A stretch of DNA of 64,000 nt from Lama glama (GCA_028534125.1 CM052818.1:29886001-29950000), one strand, 5' to 3'; positions 40,048-52,814 are shown, counted from the first letter of the stretch. Notes: generated by a model from the letters alone, not told the origin. A program made the numbers and translations.

Positions 40048-43000
40048 CTAGAAAAGAAAAATACCCAGCTGAAATAAAAGGACCTTTGGGAAAAAAAATT
40101 TTACATTAATTCAAATCAATTTTTAGAATTCTTTTTTACACTTGTGAGATCAAATTTTTTCTTCAATAAACTTACCTATCAATGCTATGACATCAGAAAT
40201 AAAACCCAAGGTCACTGCTTGTGTCTTCCCCAGGAATAACACCTCTCCTCTGTCCTTTCAAAGCCTTTATTTGTAGCCAGCTGGGATTCCTGATACCATT
40301 TTGAACTTAACATTTCCTCCTCTCAGATGTTGATGCAATCATCCCACTCTGCTGTGGCACTCTACCAGCACCATAATCCAACACCAACAATTCCGGGAGG
40401 CCTCTCACAAGAAACTCCTGTGGGATGTTTTTTTCCCTCTTCTCACCTTCCAGCACTTTCTCTGTACCTCCCCTTTGCAAACACATTTCATCGTATTCGT
40501 GTATGTCATCCCTAGCCTGCAATGTTGTCTGCCATCCATCCGACAAGATGAGAAACCCAGTCTTACTCATCTCTGTATCCTCGAAGCAATGCATGTTGTG
40601 CAAACTACAAGGTAAGAAATATCTCACATTCAGATATTGCCCACACTGGGAAGATCTTGTCCACACCCCCTTCCATGAAGCCTTCTCCCACCAGGAGGGC
40701 ACACACTGGTCTCTCACTTTTCTGAACTTGTACACTGTGCCTAGAAGTTAGCACCACACCAGAGAGCTCTTGGTTTTCAGGTGTGTCACTACCTGGTCCG
40801 TATATTTCTGAGGGTAGAGACTGCATTTTATACATTGTTTTAACTACTGCACAGACTGAGAACACAATAGCTTTTTCTCTGATGTTTATTCTTACTTATC
40901 AACACATCCTTATTTAAAAAAATAATAAACCCAACAACAACGACAACAGGCCAATACAGAAGAATACACCTTGAAGATACAAGTCTCTTCTGCCTCAGCA
41001 CCATCCTCCTTCCCCAGAAAAATCCAAGACAGAGGTTGGTATTCTTCTGGATCTTCGTCCATGCACATGCATGTGTGTGTGCAAGTAATAGTACTGAATA
41101 TTTTTGATAGGCTCATTAAAGTACAAAGTATGATCATGCATTAAATCACCTAAATTAATTACAACTAAGTTACTTTGAATTCTATTACACGAAGGTGTGA
41201 GAAATTAATTGTCCTGTTTTTTACAAAAGCAATACCCACTAATAGGAGATCATGCTTAATCATCAAAAGCATTTTCTTTTCTTTTTCACTTGAACTTAAT
41301 TTCTCCATCTGATTAAGGGGTAAAATTGCCTGCCTCCCTTCTAAACTGCTACACAACGATGCAATCACAAGTGAATTTTGACTCTATGACAAAAGCCTTT
41401 CTAATTATTAACGCTGTTTCCTCAGTCTATGTAAGGAAAGGTAGAATTATCTAATAGAAAGATGTTTTGCATCATTTTAATTTAATTCTCTGAGGCGTTG
41501 CCTCATTTTCATTCTTTTCCTATCACTCGGCTAATGAAGTCAGTCTACATTTCAATTAGCTGTCCCCTATCTGCTGTCAGCAGTGAGTGAGTCAGAGTTG
41601 GCAGCATACTCTTCCCTTTTCTAGACATGGGAATTTAGACAGAGCCGGTCAGAGAGACTACCCTTTTAAGAGAACATACACAGAAGATGCTCAACTCTTA
41701 AAAACCAGACCTATAAACTAACTCCTAACCCCAAATCTTCTACGGGAGAAGGGCAAGTGTGACACAGATAAAGAAAGCTCAGTCTATTTTCTACTAGAAA
41801 ATAAAAGTGCCTTGTTCTATTCGCCAAGAATTGCTTAATAGAAAATTTGAGGCATTAATAAAAAAGGAACTTGAAGCCTTGCTTTAGACAGTTCCTAGAT
41901 TCTGTCTCCTGATTACAGCACTTAATACAGAATGCTCCGATTGAGAAGTCACACAAGTCAGTAACCTCCCAGAAGGCAGGGAGCTTAATGTACTCAAAAG
42001 AAACTCAATAAATGTTTGCCGAGTTATTCCACTATATAAGTAGGGAAACTGATATTCAGAGAAATTCACTAGCCTAAGGTGACACAGTTGGTAAGTGGCT
42101 AAGCCAGACAAATTCTGGTCTGATTCCAAAGCCAAGACTATTTTCATTCAACATTTACATTATTACCAATACTAGTCTATACACTTCACAGGTTAGGGGG
42201 TAGGGGACAATCATCTTCCTGATACATTCCTTAGGAGTCAGTCTATTCAAAATTAATTTAAAAGGTTAAGATTAACTTGGATAAGTGTGTGACACTTCTT
42301 TATCATTTTATTCTCATTTATCAAAGAAGTCTTTTTTTTCTTACTTAATTTTATTTTTTTCAAAGAAGTCACTTTTAATCATCATCATATTGAGAATGAT
42401 ATATTAAAGACCCAAAGGGAAAAAAAAACAGTAACGTTTCAACTGAAAGACAAAGTTTCAGCACAGAACGATCTCTGCATGCTGATGTAGAACAAGAAAA
42501 TAGGATTTTAAGCAGATGTCGAAAGTTCTTAAGCATCTGCCAAGAAATTCAGGTAACTAATTTCTCCAACCCTACCAGGTATCACATCCACATCCAGTAT
42601 TTAACATGTTTATTTGTTCTCCTGAGCTGTTGCTAGTACATGTACCTTTTCCCAAATGATGCTTAACGTACTTGCTGATGAAAGTTTTCCACGAACAAAA
42701 CTTCAGACTGTATCGCTAACTCATTAATGACCATCAGTCTCACTAGAAAGAAAATAATCCATTTGGCAGCCTCATGCCTTGGTGATACTTTCTTAGAGAC
42801 AAGTACTACTCAGTCTATAAGATTATTTAACTCAGATCAATTTGGAAAACATTTTTTCACTGAAGCTAACATCACTAAAAAAAAATCAAGGATAAGGCCT
42901 TCTACCTGCTAGGATATGTTGAAACCGATCCATTAAAAACACTTCTGGTACAACTGATTCCAAGCCCTCTGGCTCTCAGGAGAGTTGCCAAAAGAGGTAT

Positions 43001-43209
43001 GATTCCCTTCTTACCTCTTCTGTGTCTAAACATACTGCTTAGGAAAGTAAGCCTTTATACGGTACAGATCAAGGCCAGTTTGCCCACAGAAATACTGTGT
43101 TCCTTAAACTTTTTCAGCTAACACTTGTAAATTAGGAGAGTTCACAAAACATTTAGATTCACTATTTCTGGAAATTTGAGGTCTTCAGGCCCAAGCTGCA
43201 GCCGTCAGA

Positions 43210-43545
43210 ACAGGAGTCAGACAGCTACAGCCTGTGGGCCAAATCCAGCATGCCACCTGTTTACCTACAGCCTGAGAACCAAGAGTGGTGCTTACATTTT
43301 AAATCACTGCAAAACAAACAAACAAACAAACAAACGGAAAATATTTTGTGGCATGTGAAAAGTATATGAAATGTAAATTTCGGTGTCCCTAAATAAAGCT
43401 TCATTGGTACACAGGCACACCCATTCATTTACATTCCACCCTCAGCTGCTCTCACAGTACAAGGCAGAGTTGAACAGTTAATTGCACAGAGCCTGCACAC
43501 TGCACAGCGCCTGCACACTGCACAGCCGACAATCTTCACTAATCC
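43210..43545. mobile_element. MER58B-like hAT-Charlie element
   Basis: ctacagcctgtgggccaaatcc...cacctgttt...tatatgaaat...taaataaagcttcattggtacacag...ggcagagttga. Confidence 0.8.
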
Positions 43546-44101
43546 TCAAAGACTTTCCTTGCATCTCTCTTGTGGTTTCTGTCCCCTCCCACTGCGTATT
43601 AGCTTCTGTGAGTATGGGTGCTTTTCACACTAATTTATATGGGCCCTAAAGACACCATATGACAGATATGCTCTTCTAAATCCAAACCACATCATGAAAC
43701 AAAGTAGGATGTGAGCCAAGAAACAGTAACTAAGATGCACAGCAAGTGCTTTATTTCTGGCTATTACTCAGCATCCCTACAGGAATTTCATAAAAGACTC
43801 TGAAGGATGTTTTTAAACCTATGTGTATTATTCAGAGAATGAACATTTACACATGTGCACACATACATACAACACGTATACAATCCTATTAAAGAGGCTT
43901 GGTGTCTCATTTTATATTAGATGAATCTCTGGAGGAGTGACAGTTTTTGCTTATTTTCATCAGATTTTAAAATTAAATATCTAAAGAAGACTTAGAAAAC
44001 AAATATACCAAGACACTGTCAGCATCACATCTAAAGTTTGAGGCTAATCAGCACAAGAGACACACCTGTGTATGAATCTCCTGCTCCTTTTCTTCCCTTA
44101 C

Positions 44102-44242
44102 CTGAATAGCTGTCAGTTTATGTCTTACAGTTACTAGGATAATTCGTGCTAACAACAGCAGTATGGGCTTCGAGGTCAGGCTGTAGATCGATTCACCATC
44201 TAGAACGAGCAGACTCAGAACAACTGCATCCAGTCCTCTGAC
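44102..44242 (-). CDS. TTC27: TTC27 coding exon 4 ([47 protein letters not shown])
   Basis: Acceptor ttccag|, donor CAG|gtaagg, 141 nt, phase 0-0, LDGESIY motif. Confidence 0.97.
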
Positions 44243-47192
44243 CTGGAAAAAAAATTTGAAGCTAAAATGATATAACTTAACAAAATATTAATTTTTATGT
44301 ATCTTACAAGATACATACTTTCCAGTTAATCAGCTTTGAAACAGGCACTGGCCTGTTACAGAGCAACTGGCACTGGACCAACACAGCATCATGAATGCTC
44401 TTAGCAATCTACAATTCCAGCCTGCCCTGACACATGGCCACCCATCCGCTCGCACTTTAGAGGAGCAGGGTAATCAAGAAAGCACTACTACTGAAGAGGC
44501 ATGATGACTTCATAGATTTACATACAACAGAAAGTAATCAAAGTGATCACTTTGAGATGAGAAATATGACTACCTGTTTTAGCACAAATTTAGATTATTA
44601 TCTTCTGAATGAAATCCCTGAAGATAAACAAATGATTTAACAGGACAACAAGTAACAAATTATACAAAGAGATTGTCCATGATATACTACTTGAGTAGCA
44701 TTATCTCTGAAGATCAAAGCCAGGGGTTGGTTACTAAACCTCCTACTCTTCAACTCTAAGTTCTCTGGAAACAGCATCAGTAAGGCAAATAATAAATAAA
44801 TGAGTGAATGCATGAATCAACAAGTAAATAAATTTTTCTTCCTGGAGTTAACTTGCATCATCATCATTAAAAAATTAAATAGTTTTCTATCTCCTGCTTA
44901 GACAAAGCAGCCTCTGCCTAACGCTGTGCTGACTTCTAAATGTGCTTCCAGAGGTTTTGGGAAATGGCTCATTTCTAAAGAGGACTGATTAATTAAATTA
45001 AAACAGACAAAACAAAGGTTATATCTCCCTGAGGGAACAATTCCCCAGTCAAGAGAGCACAGACATATAAAAATATCTATCAGAACAGTGAAAAAAAAGT
45101 CACTGGAAGCTTGAGATAAATTTAATGCAAAAAACCAGATTACTAGGAGATCAACTTTTGTGTGTAAGAGGTGACCTACTCAGACATGGACCCTCAGTGC
45201 TATTGTGCTGAGGCTGGTTAGCACCAGAGGCCGGAAAACTGCTAAAAGTGCCAATGCCGCAAGTCAGAGGCAGGGAAAATTAATTCGGCTTCGGTGCCTA
45301 TACTCCATGACCATAAAGTATATTCACAAATATCTGTGCTTCACAAGAACTAAGAAACATAAATCAGCACAGGAGAATGACAGCTAGAAAATTCTGATGT
45401 GCCACTCCCTAGTTTAAAAACTTCAACTCCCTGTATCTTCCATATTCTCAGATTACTGGCAAAGCATATAAATTGAATAATCATCTCAAAAACAACCTGA
45501 TATTACTCAGGAGAGCTGAACACGCATACACCCTAGAGCACAGCAACTCCACTCTCAGATACACGCACCACAGCAAAGCTTCCCCGTGCTGGGAAGGGTT
45601 TACAAGGGTGTCAAAATAATGATCCCCTCAGTCCTTGGGGTGCCCAACTACAGCCTGGGCACCAGAAGAAACAGCCTTCTCCACTTAGCGTACTACACCA
45701 AACAAACAGTACCCTTCTTAAGTAGGATGTGCTTGGAACTCTTGCAAGTGACTCCCAGAGGATGCGTTCCCAACAGCATTGTACATAGTATATTGCAAAA
45801 AATGGAAATAACTCATCTGGCCATCAAGAGTAAAATGGATACATAAATTGTGGTATATTCATACAGTTGGAATACTATACAAGAGTAAAAAATGAGTAAT
45901 TGTATAACTGCAAAAATATACCACTGAGCAAAAGCAAGTCACAGAAGAGACCAGCTCAAAGGCTCTCCCCAGTCCAGGCCCCCGATGGCCACTGTGATTG
46001 CAGAGGGACTAAACATCAGGGGAACGGCAGTCAGGAAGCCCTGCTCTACAACACTGATGTCGGAAGCCAGGGAACTGATTTAGCTGACCAGGGAAAGCCT
46101 AATCCTAAAAATGTAATGGGAAAGTACATCTCCAGGTAAGTGATGCATATGTTTTTAAGTGCCAAAATCTTAGGGATTTTATTTTAACCACTGTGGATGA
46201 AAATTTCTGTAAAATACAGATTAAATTCCCTTCTTAGACATAAGATACGGAAGAGCTTTTAACCTTTCAATAATGATTTAGGGCCAGCATTATGAATCTC
46301 AGTTTTTCTCTTACAATATAACATCATGACTCAGTAAACTGACATGCACAGAAGTAACTGTTACGGCTTCAGATTATGGCTGCCTCTGTGCTTCTATTTC
46401 TACCCACCAGTAATTGACTCTTATCTCTAACAACTCATTCTCTGTTCATTTGCTACTTCTAATTCTGAGAAACCTGGGAAGAGTAAACATGTGCCTTTAG
46501 CTGCATAAGCTCTGAGTGCTAAGGGGCCCTTTTTTCCAGGCTGAGTGACTGGTAGTTATGCTCCAGTTCTCTGGGGTGTCCGGGTAAACCAGTTACCATA
46601 CCTCATTTTAGTAGCACGTCATACTCACCAGGCCCTGTGGATATGTTCTCAAACACTCTGGAGGAATTCAAACTGCACATTCTACTGATGACCTACCAAT
46701 GCAGGTCAATAGTGTATCTTCACATACAGATAATAAGTCGTTATTACCATGGAGCAACTCTGCACCAGACACTTTAAGGATATACAAATAAGTGTATTTG
46801 TTATATAAAGGAAACTGTCCCTGGGAATTGTTAAACACAGCAGCAAAACTTTCCCGAAACAAAATCAAACAGGTCTCCAGATTTGCTGCTTTGCCAGAGC
46901 AGATCTTTATGTAACTGTGGTTAACACATGCGGCTGCCTGCACTTTCACAAAAAGAGTAGCGATCAGAGCTCCACAGAGTGCAGACTGTCTGAAGAGGGG
47001 TCTGAGACCGACAATGGAACTTTTGGAGTTATGTGAAAATCTGATCCATGAATAAGCATTCTTAGTAGGTGTGATACAAGCTATAATGTCATGTTTCTTC
47101 CCTACCTACTATTAACTCCCATTTATAGAGAATTGTTCTTAAAGAATAAACAACACAATAATACCTATATTTGACATTTCCAAGAAGCATAC

Positions 47193-47322
47193 CTCACTGA
47201 AGTGCTGGAACAAAACAGGTGGCAAAAAATCCTGAGGGTGTAAATCAAGAGGAGGTCCCGTCCAGTTACTCTGAACGAAAAGTTGCAAACTGCTCACACC
47301 AAGTAGGAATATCAGCTGTTGT
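47193..47322 (-). CDS. TTC27: TTC27 coding exon 3 ([43 protein letters not shown])
   Basis: Acceptor atgcag|, donor GAG|gtatgc, 130 nt. Contains the conserved FVQSNWTGP motif; lies within ORF 47139..47405. Confidence 0.97.
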
Positions 47323-47517
47323 CTGCATATAACAATAGTTAAAGAAAATTTAAGAAAGAACAGTTGAAGAAATAACCATGAAACACTAGCACCGTGTAAC
47401 CACAAACATACTACTATTTCATTTCCATTTTATTAAAAAAAATGTAAGATATCCACCAACATTTATTGAGATTATCTCAGAGGATTACAAAAAAAATTCT
47501 GAAACCTACACAATTTA

Positions 47518-47662
47518 GGTCTGCAATGTCCAGTATTATCACCATGAACTACATACAGCTCTTATAAATTTAAATTAATTACAGTTAAATAAAATTCCAA
47601 ATTCAGTCCCTCAGTCACACTGTCCACATTTCAAGTGCTCAACAGCCGAATGTGGTTATATA
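47518..47662. mobile_element. MER3-like hAT-Charlie relic
   Basis: aaattcagtccctcagtcacactgtccacatttcaagtgctcaacagcc...tgtgg. Confidence 0.75.
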
Positions 47663-47776
47663 AAGTTGTTTTCAAATATCTTACTGATCATGTACTACCA
47701 ACTGGTAGAACAAAAAATATCCTAGAAGTTTCACTTGAACCTATTTTTTTTTTCCAGTCCTACTTTGGCTTAAGAT

Positions 47777-47933
47777 AGGAATGGGTAAGCTCATTCTGTA
47801 ATGGTAGAGATCATAAATATTTTAGGCTTTGCAGGTCACATGTGTTTCGGTTTTTACAATCCTTTAAAAATGGAAACATCACTCTTAGGCATTTTGGTCT
47901 TGACCCACCAGCCATAATTTGCTGACTCCTGGA
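47777..47933. mobile_element. MER58A-like hAT-Charlie relic
   Basis: taaatattttaggctttgcaggtcaca...gccataatttgctgactcctg. Confidence 0.7.
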
Positions 47934-49329
47934 TTAAGACAAAAACAGGGAGGGATTCAACTCTAACAAATAATAGCCAGAGAACATAGACCTTCATGCT
48001 GAAGAAAAAGGAAAAGCCGTCATCCCCTTCTCCCCATACCCACTAGGCCCTGCCTCAAAGGAAAGATTCTTTAAGGAAAAAAAATCGAACCTACAAGCCT
48101 ATGGCAGCCAGAACATAACACTCTGGGTACAGCACAACTGAGAGCGGAACAAAGGATGAGCAGCAAACAGGTGAAAAAAGAGCCTGTTTGTAGTCAGAAG
48201 TTAGGCAACTTGGGGAAACGGGTGTGCAGAAGACCTTAAAGCCTTCATATAAGCGTCATAACTAAAACTCAAAATCCTTAAGGTGAACAGAGAATCCAGT
48301 TTAATTTCAAATACCTCAAAAGGAGGCAAATGAAACGTCTCTTCTCAGCTCTATGTGACAAGCTGGAATTCTGGTCTACTAGTAAGAAATGCATTTGTGT
48401 GTACGTGTGTGTTTTCACATGTACCACACAAAGCTAATGGCTATGATACTGCACACCCATCTGACAACAAAATAATAATCAAGAACGACATTGGAGGAAT
48501 GTAAACTACTAGTAAACCAGAAAAACGAAAATGAACGATACTAATTTTTAAAGTAAAATAAAACGTCTATAGTAACATTCTTTTGTGGACTCCTTAGGGA
48601 TACAGATTTTGTCTTATTTATCTTCACAACCTCAACACCTAGCCCAATACTTGACTGGTTGAAGAACTAAATGAAGCCATTCCCTAGAAATAATGGTAAA
48701 ACAAAACTGCATGTGTTTTAAAGATAACAAAACTTGACGTGGTTGCCACAGATGGTAGAGGGAAAAAAAGATATATTAACAAACTTACAACAGTAAAATA
48801 TAAGCCACTAAAAACTTAGATTACACTGCTGGTAACAATCTGTTATACTTAATCCTATAAAATTACATAAATGTCAATGGAAGAAGGTAACCCAAAGGTT
48901 CCATAATAAAAACATTAAAGATAACAATTCAAAACATAGTAAGAGTAGTTACGATTGTCACTCAGCAATCTAGAAATAGCAAAATGGCTAGTGCACACTC
49001 TCAAGTTAAAAGGAAATAAGGTCTGAAGTTTTGCCGATGACTAAAATCCATCAGACCTAACCATTTGGGAGTTTAGGTGGTTAACGGCTACCACCCAGTC
49101 ATATGCCAGTGTTATATATGAAACTCATATCCTACAACACTTTACCTTTTTATTCTGGATGGTCCCCTGGAGAGAAGCTCTTACACAGATTATTCCGTCC
49201 ATCATGAATACTGACTAAACCTAAAGCCAGGTTTTGAACAACTGCAAAAATCAGTGCCTTACACTCTCAAGGCACTATTAAATGAATTCAGGATCTGTTT
49301 CTCTATGAAAATTTCATATAAAATTCTAC

Positions 49330-49507
49330 CTTTTGGTTTTGTCCAAATCTGTTGAGTAATCCAGAAATGTTACTATCTGCTTCTCTAGGTAGTTGTCAAT
49401 CTTTTCTTCAGTTACCGTTGTTGAATTGAAAATATTTTGAGTCAATGAATTTAAGAATATGGCCTTACAGTTCCCTTCTAGAAGCAATTGCAGGAAAGAT
49501 CCACTCT
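49330..49507 (-). CDS. TTC27: TTC27 coding exon 2 ([60 protein letters not shown])
   Basis: Acceptor ttacag|, donor AG|gtagaa, 178 nt, in frame with exon 1, peptide matches TTC27. Confidence 0.96.
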
Positions 49508-50279
49508 CTGTAATATAAAAACATTAAGCCAATAATCCAAAGAACAATTATTTTCATACTGTTAAGGGTGACACTATTATTATTTTAGTATGCCAAAAAA
49601 TGTATATAATTAGAACCCTTTCTATACATTAATCACAAAACACTGAGCAAATTCCCAACATTATACACACACCATTTCTCCTGAAATCTGGAGCTCATCC
49701 ATACCATGAGCAGCAAGGCAGATATTAGACCCAAAAATAATACTCATTAGCAAGTATCATCATCCTTCTGCAGGGAATTCAAAAGGATTCCTACTGACAA
49801 CAGAAAAGTTTCCTTAGTCAGAACGTTTCCTTTCACAATCTGGCTCCTCCTACTGCCACTGTACACCCTGATGAAAAGCTGGTTCACTTACTCTTTCACT
49901 GATATCCCAAAACACATGCCTGCCTCCACACTTTTACACTTGTGATTTCTCATGGGGAACTCTTCCACTTGTCAGTCTTACTCTTTAATCAAAAATCAGA
50001 TCAAGATGGACTTTTTCCATAAGACTTTTCCAGACCCAGACTTTAGAAATTACCTCTCTCCCAAAGCACCTGTGTATACATACAAACATGGGTACGCGTG
50101 TGCGTACCCATATACACATATACAGGGCACTTATATACTGTCCTCAATTGTTATTTCTCTTATATGTTCAACCCAAATCCCACAACCAGATGTGCCTATA
50201 CCCCACTAGTAAATAAATGTGCCTTTTAATTCTTTATTTCTCCGGTACATGTGCTTTGTTACAAGATTACATCTTTGCT

Positions 50280-50458
50280 GCCCCGTTTCAGCTTCTGTGC
50301 TTACCAGCTTTGTGGCCTTGAATAAATTACTTAACCAATCTGTACTTAAATGTCTTCATCTGCAAAATGAGAATAAAAGTAGTGTCTACCTTACATGTCT
50401 ATTATAAAAATTAAATGACTGAATAAATGTTAAAGGAGTAGAAAAATGTTATTATTAC
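50280..50458 (+). mobile_element. MIR SINE relic (others at ~17620-17850, ~26350-26640, ~35160-35280, ~42020-42150)
   Basis: cttaccagctttgtggccttgaataaattacttaacc...cttcatctgcaaaatgagaataa MIR core. Confidence 0.7.
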
Positions 50459-50599
50459 TGAACTCGGGAGATGAGAAGTTTGGGGTAAAGACATGCAGAG
50501 AGCCTTAGGACCACGGCCCCCATGTCAAGGATGCAATAACTCAAAGCCTTAAGGAATCAGCTAGATTTTGGTAAGAAAAAAATAAAACCAGGAGGGATG

Positions 50600-51330
50600 A
50601 AAACTCAGCCGCCGACACCCCTTCTCCACACAGTCCCCACGCTGGCTTAAGTTCCTCCCTGGCAGGTGAACCCCTCTCACCCGAACCGGCGACTCCCTCC
50701 TGCTTCCACTGCTGCCGGTCAGTCTCAGTAGAGAAGCCCCTCAGAACTGCCAGCTCCGGGGTCCACAACACCCCAGACATCGCTGCAGCCAAAACAGGTT
50801 CCTACAAGGGTCACGCAGGCGTCAATAAAAAACAGTGAAAGGAGGAGTCTCCAATGACGCCGTAGACTAGTGGCGACAGTTCCTGTGAGTACAGCAACAG
50901 CCCTAGAACCCCATGTGAGGACACCGGCAGAAGAAGGCGGCCATGACGGCAACGCGGGGAACCCTGGGAAACACACGCACACTCTCTGGCGCCGCTTCCG
51001 CCTAGGAGCCCAACCCGAGTCTTTGGCACTGAGCATGCCCAATGGGGATGCCCCGCCCCGAGCGGGGAATGGGCAGTGTTTGGAGGGCGGGGCTAACTCG
51101 CCCCAGGCGCGCTGCGGGGAGAGGCAGCAACAGTGGAGGGCGTGGAGTCCTCCTTTACCGCCCCGGGGGGGAGACTGGTTAAAATGCTGCTCAAAGCCGC
51201 AGTCTTGCCTCAACCGTGGTTTAAGTTGAAAGTCCGTGGCTTTGAGTCCTAAAACTTTTTTGGGTCAGAACTCTCTCGACTACTGATGAATGCCTTAGTC
51301 CTCCCCGCAAAAGCACGTGGGCCTTTACTG
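50600..51330 (-). promoter_or_regulatory. TTC27: CpG-island promoter and 5'UTR of TTC27
   Basis: Strongest CpG-rich stretch in the window. GC boxes at ~51050 (gccccgcccc) and ~51083 (gagggcgggg), ETS-like cttccg ~50995, CCAAT 51039-51043, E-box cacgtg 51314-51319. The exact TSS cannot be read from sequence. Confidence 0.85.
50681..50780 (-). CDS. TTC27: TTC27 coding exon 1 ([33 protein letters not shown])
   Basis: Matches the recalled TTC27 N-terminus (human [29 protein letters not shown]). ATG at 50780, donor G|GTGAGA after 50681, 100 nt, ends phase 1. Confidence 0.95.
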
Positions 51331-52814
51331 CCAACATTGGGGTACCATTTCAGGGAATTGGAGACCCCGTGGAGTCCGCGAACCCCAGGTTAAGAATCTG
51401 GTCAGCAGAGAAGACTTTTTTATTCTTGAATGAATTGAAGAGTAAGAAAGTATCTGGTTTTGACGCTGCCACTAAATAAATCAGGAGTGGGTGGAACATC
51501 TGGCCCGGCTGCTGGTGCAGAGCAGCTTTTGGAGGCTAGACTGAGCGCTGCAAAAACCTGCCGGCCCTGCGAGGCTGCTGCCAAGCACAAAACTGCGCCT
51601 TATTCGCATGTCCTTTAATCTTCGTGGCCCCATACCTAGGCCGAAACCGAGCTCTGAGAGCCGGCCTTGGTGGGGCCTGCACTGGTGAGTATGCCTGCCA
51701 TACATGATCCAGTAGAAAGCTGCAGGGTGACGCTGACCACACGGGACTCAAAAGGAATCAAGTGCTGTTCTGGCAGAGCCTCCTCCAGGACCAGCTCCAA
51801 GGCAGGAAGCTGAATAATTCTTAATTCACTTTTTTCCGTAGCATCCAGAGCCCCTCCAGACTTTGGAAAAGGTGCTCAGCTCACCTCAGCCGCTGCCAGC
51901 GGATGCCAAAGGGAGCCAGACTCGAGCTGGAAGGGAAAAACAGATGCCCTGGAATGTTTTCTCACTGAGAAGTAATTGAAAAGTATTTGTGCAGAGAACA
52001 GTATTTGATCCGTGGGTCTATATGGTTTTTCAAGCAGAAAATCCAGCGCTGTGGAAACTATTTAGACAGTTGTTAAAGATCAACAGTTGCAGAAACACAC
52101 TGACCACTACACCAAGTTCCTCATTTGTGTGTAGAGCCCCAATGACCCACAGGGTGAACTTGGATCTTTCACTTTAATTCAAGGTTCATATGTTTTAAAT
52201 GTGATTTTCGATACCATGATACTAATTAAATCTTCTAATTTCCCTTGAAGCAACATGGACTTAAGTAATAAAAGGGAAAGAAAAAATATAATCTCAATTT
52301 TTAAAAATATTGAGTGGAAACTGAGTTGGTGGGTGAGATATGTCCACTTTAGGATCAGTGTAGAGCCTGGCCTGGAAGGTGTGGGGAACCTGGATGTCAC
52401 TATTTATGAGTCTTTTTATCTTGTGCTGGTCAGATTTCTCAGGGACTCTTTAAAAATCTCCTACCTGGATGGTGTCTGGTTGCCAGAATTCCAGAGCCAA
52501 GTGGAGCAAGAAGCCAGGAGTCTCAGAATTCAGGACTCAGTCTGTGTATTGGACCCTCTCCAGACCACCACAGAGGCGGTGGTGGGGAAGCAGTGGTTCT
52601 GGATGCCAACTGCCTGACTCAGCTCTGCAGCAGTCTTCTTCATTCTAGCCCCTCCTCCTTCCACCCCATAATCTTCAGTCCCAGAGGCATCTCCTGCTCC
52701 CAGTTCCTGAGTCTCTCAGGGATTCTTCAGCAGAGATAAAAGTTGGTCTTAGCTTTCCCATTACATTTTTAGGATTGGGCTTTCCCTGGTCAGCTAAATC
52801 AGTTCCCTGGCTTC

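Noticed and set aside
40307..40865. Cluster of overlapping 60-140 aa ORFs in TTC27 intron 4
   Set aside because: No splice-compatible link to TTC27, no recognisable homology; likely decayed repeat sequence.
51031..51040. p53 element in the TTC27 promoter (GAGCATGCCC)
   Set aside because: Only one half-site, with no adjacent second decamer.
50725..51229. Long overlapping ORFs (162 aa minus, 119 aa plus) at the TTC27 promoter
   Set aside because: Expected stop-codon scarcity in a GC-rich CpG island; no recognisable protein similarity.
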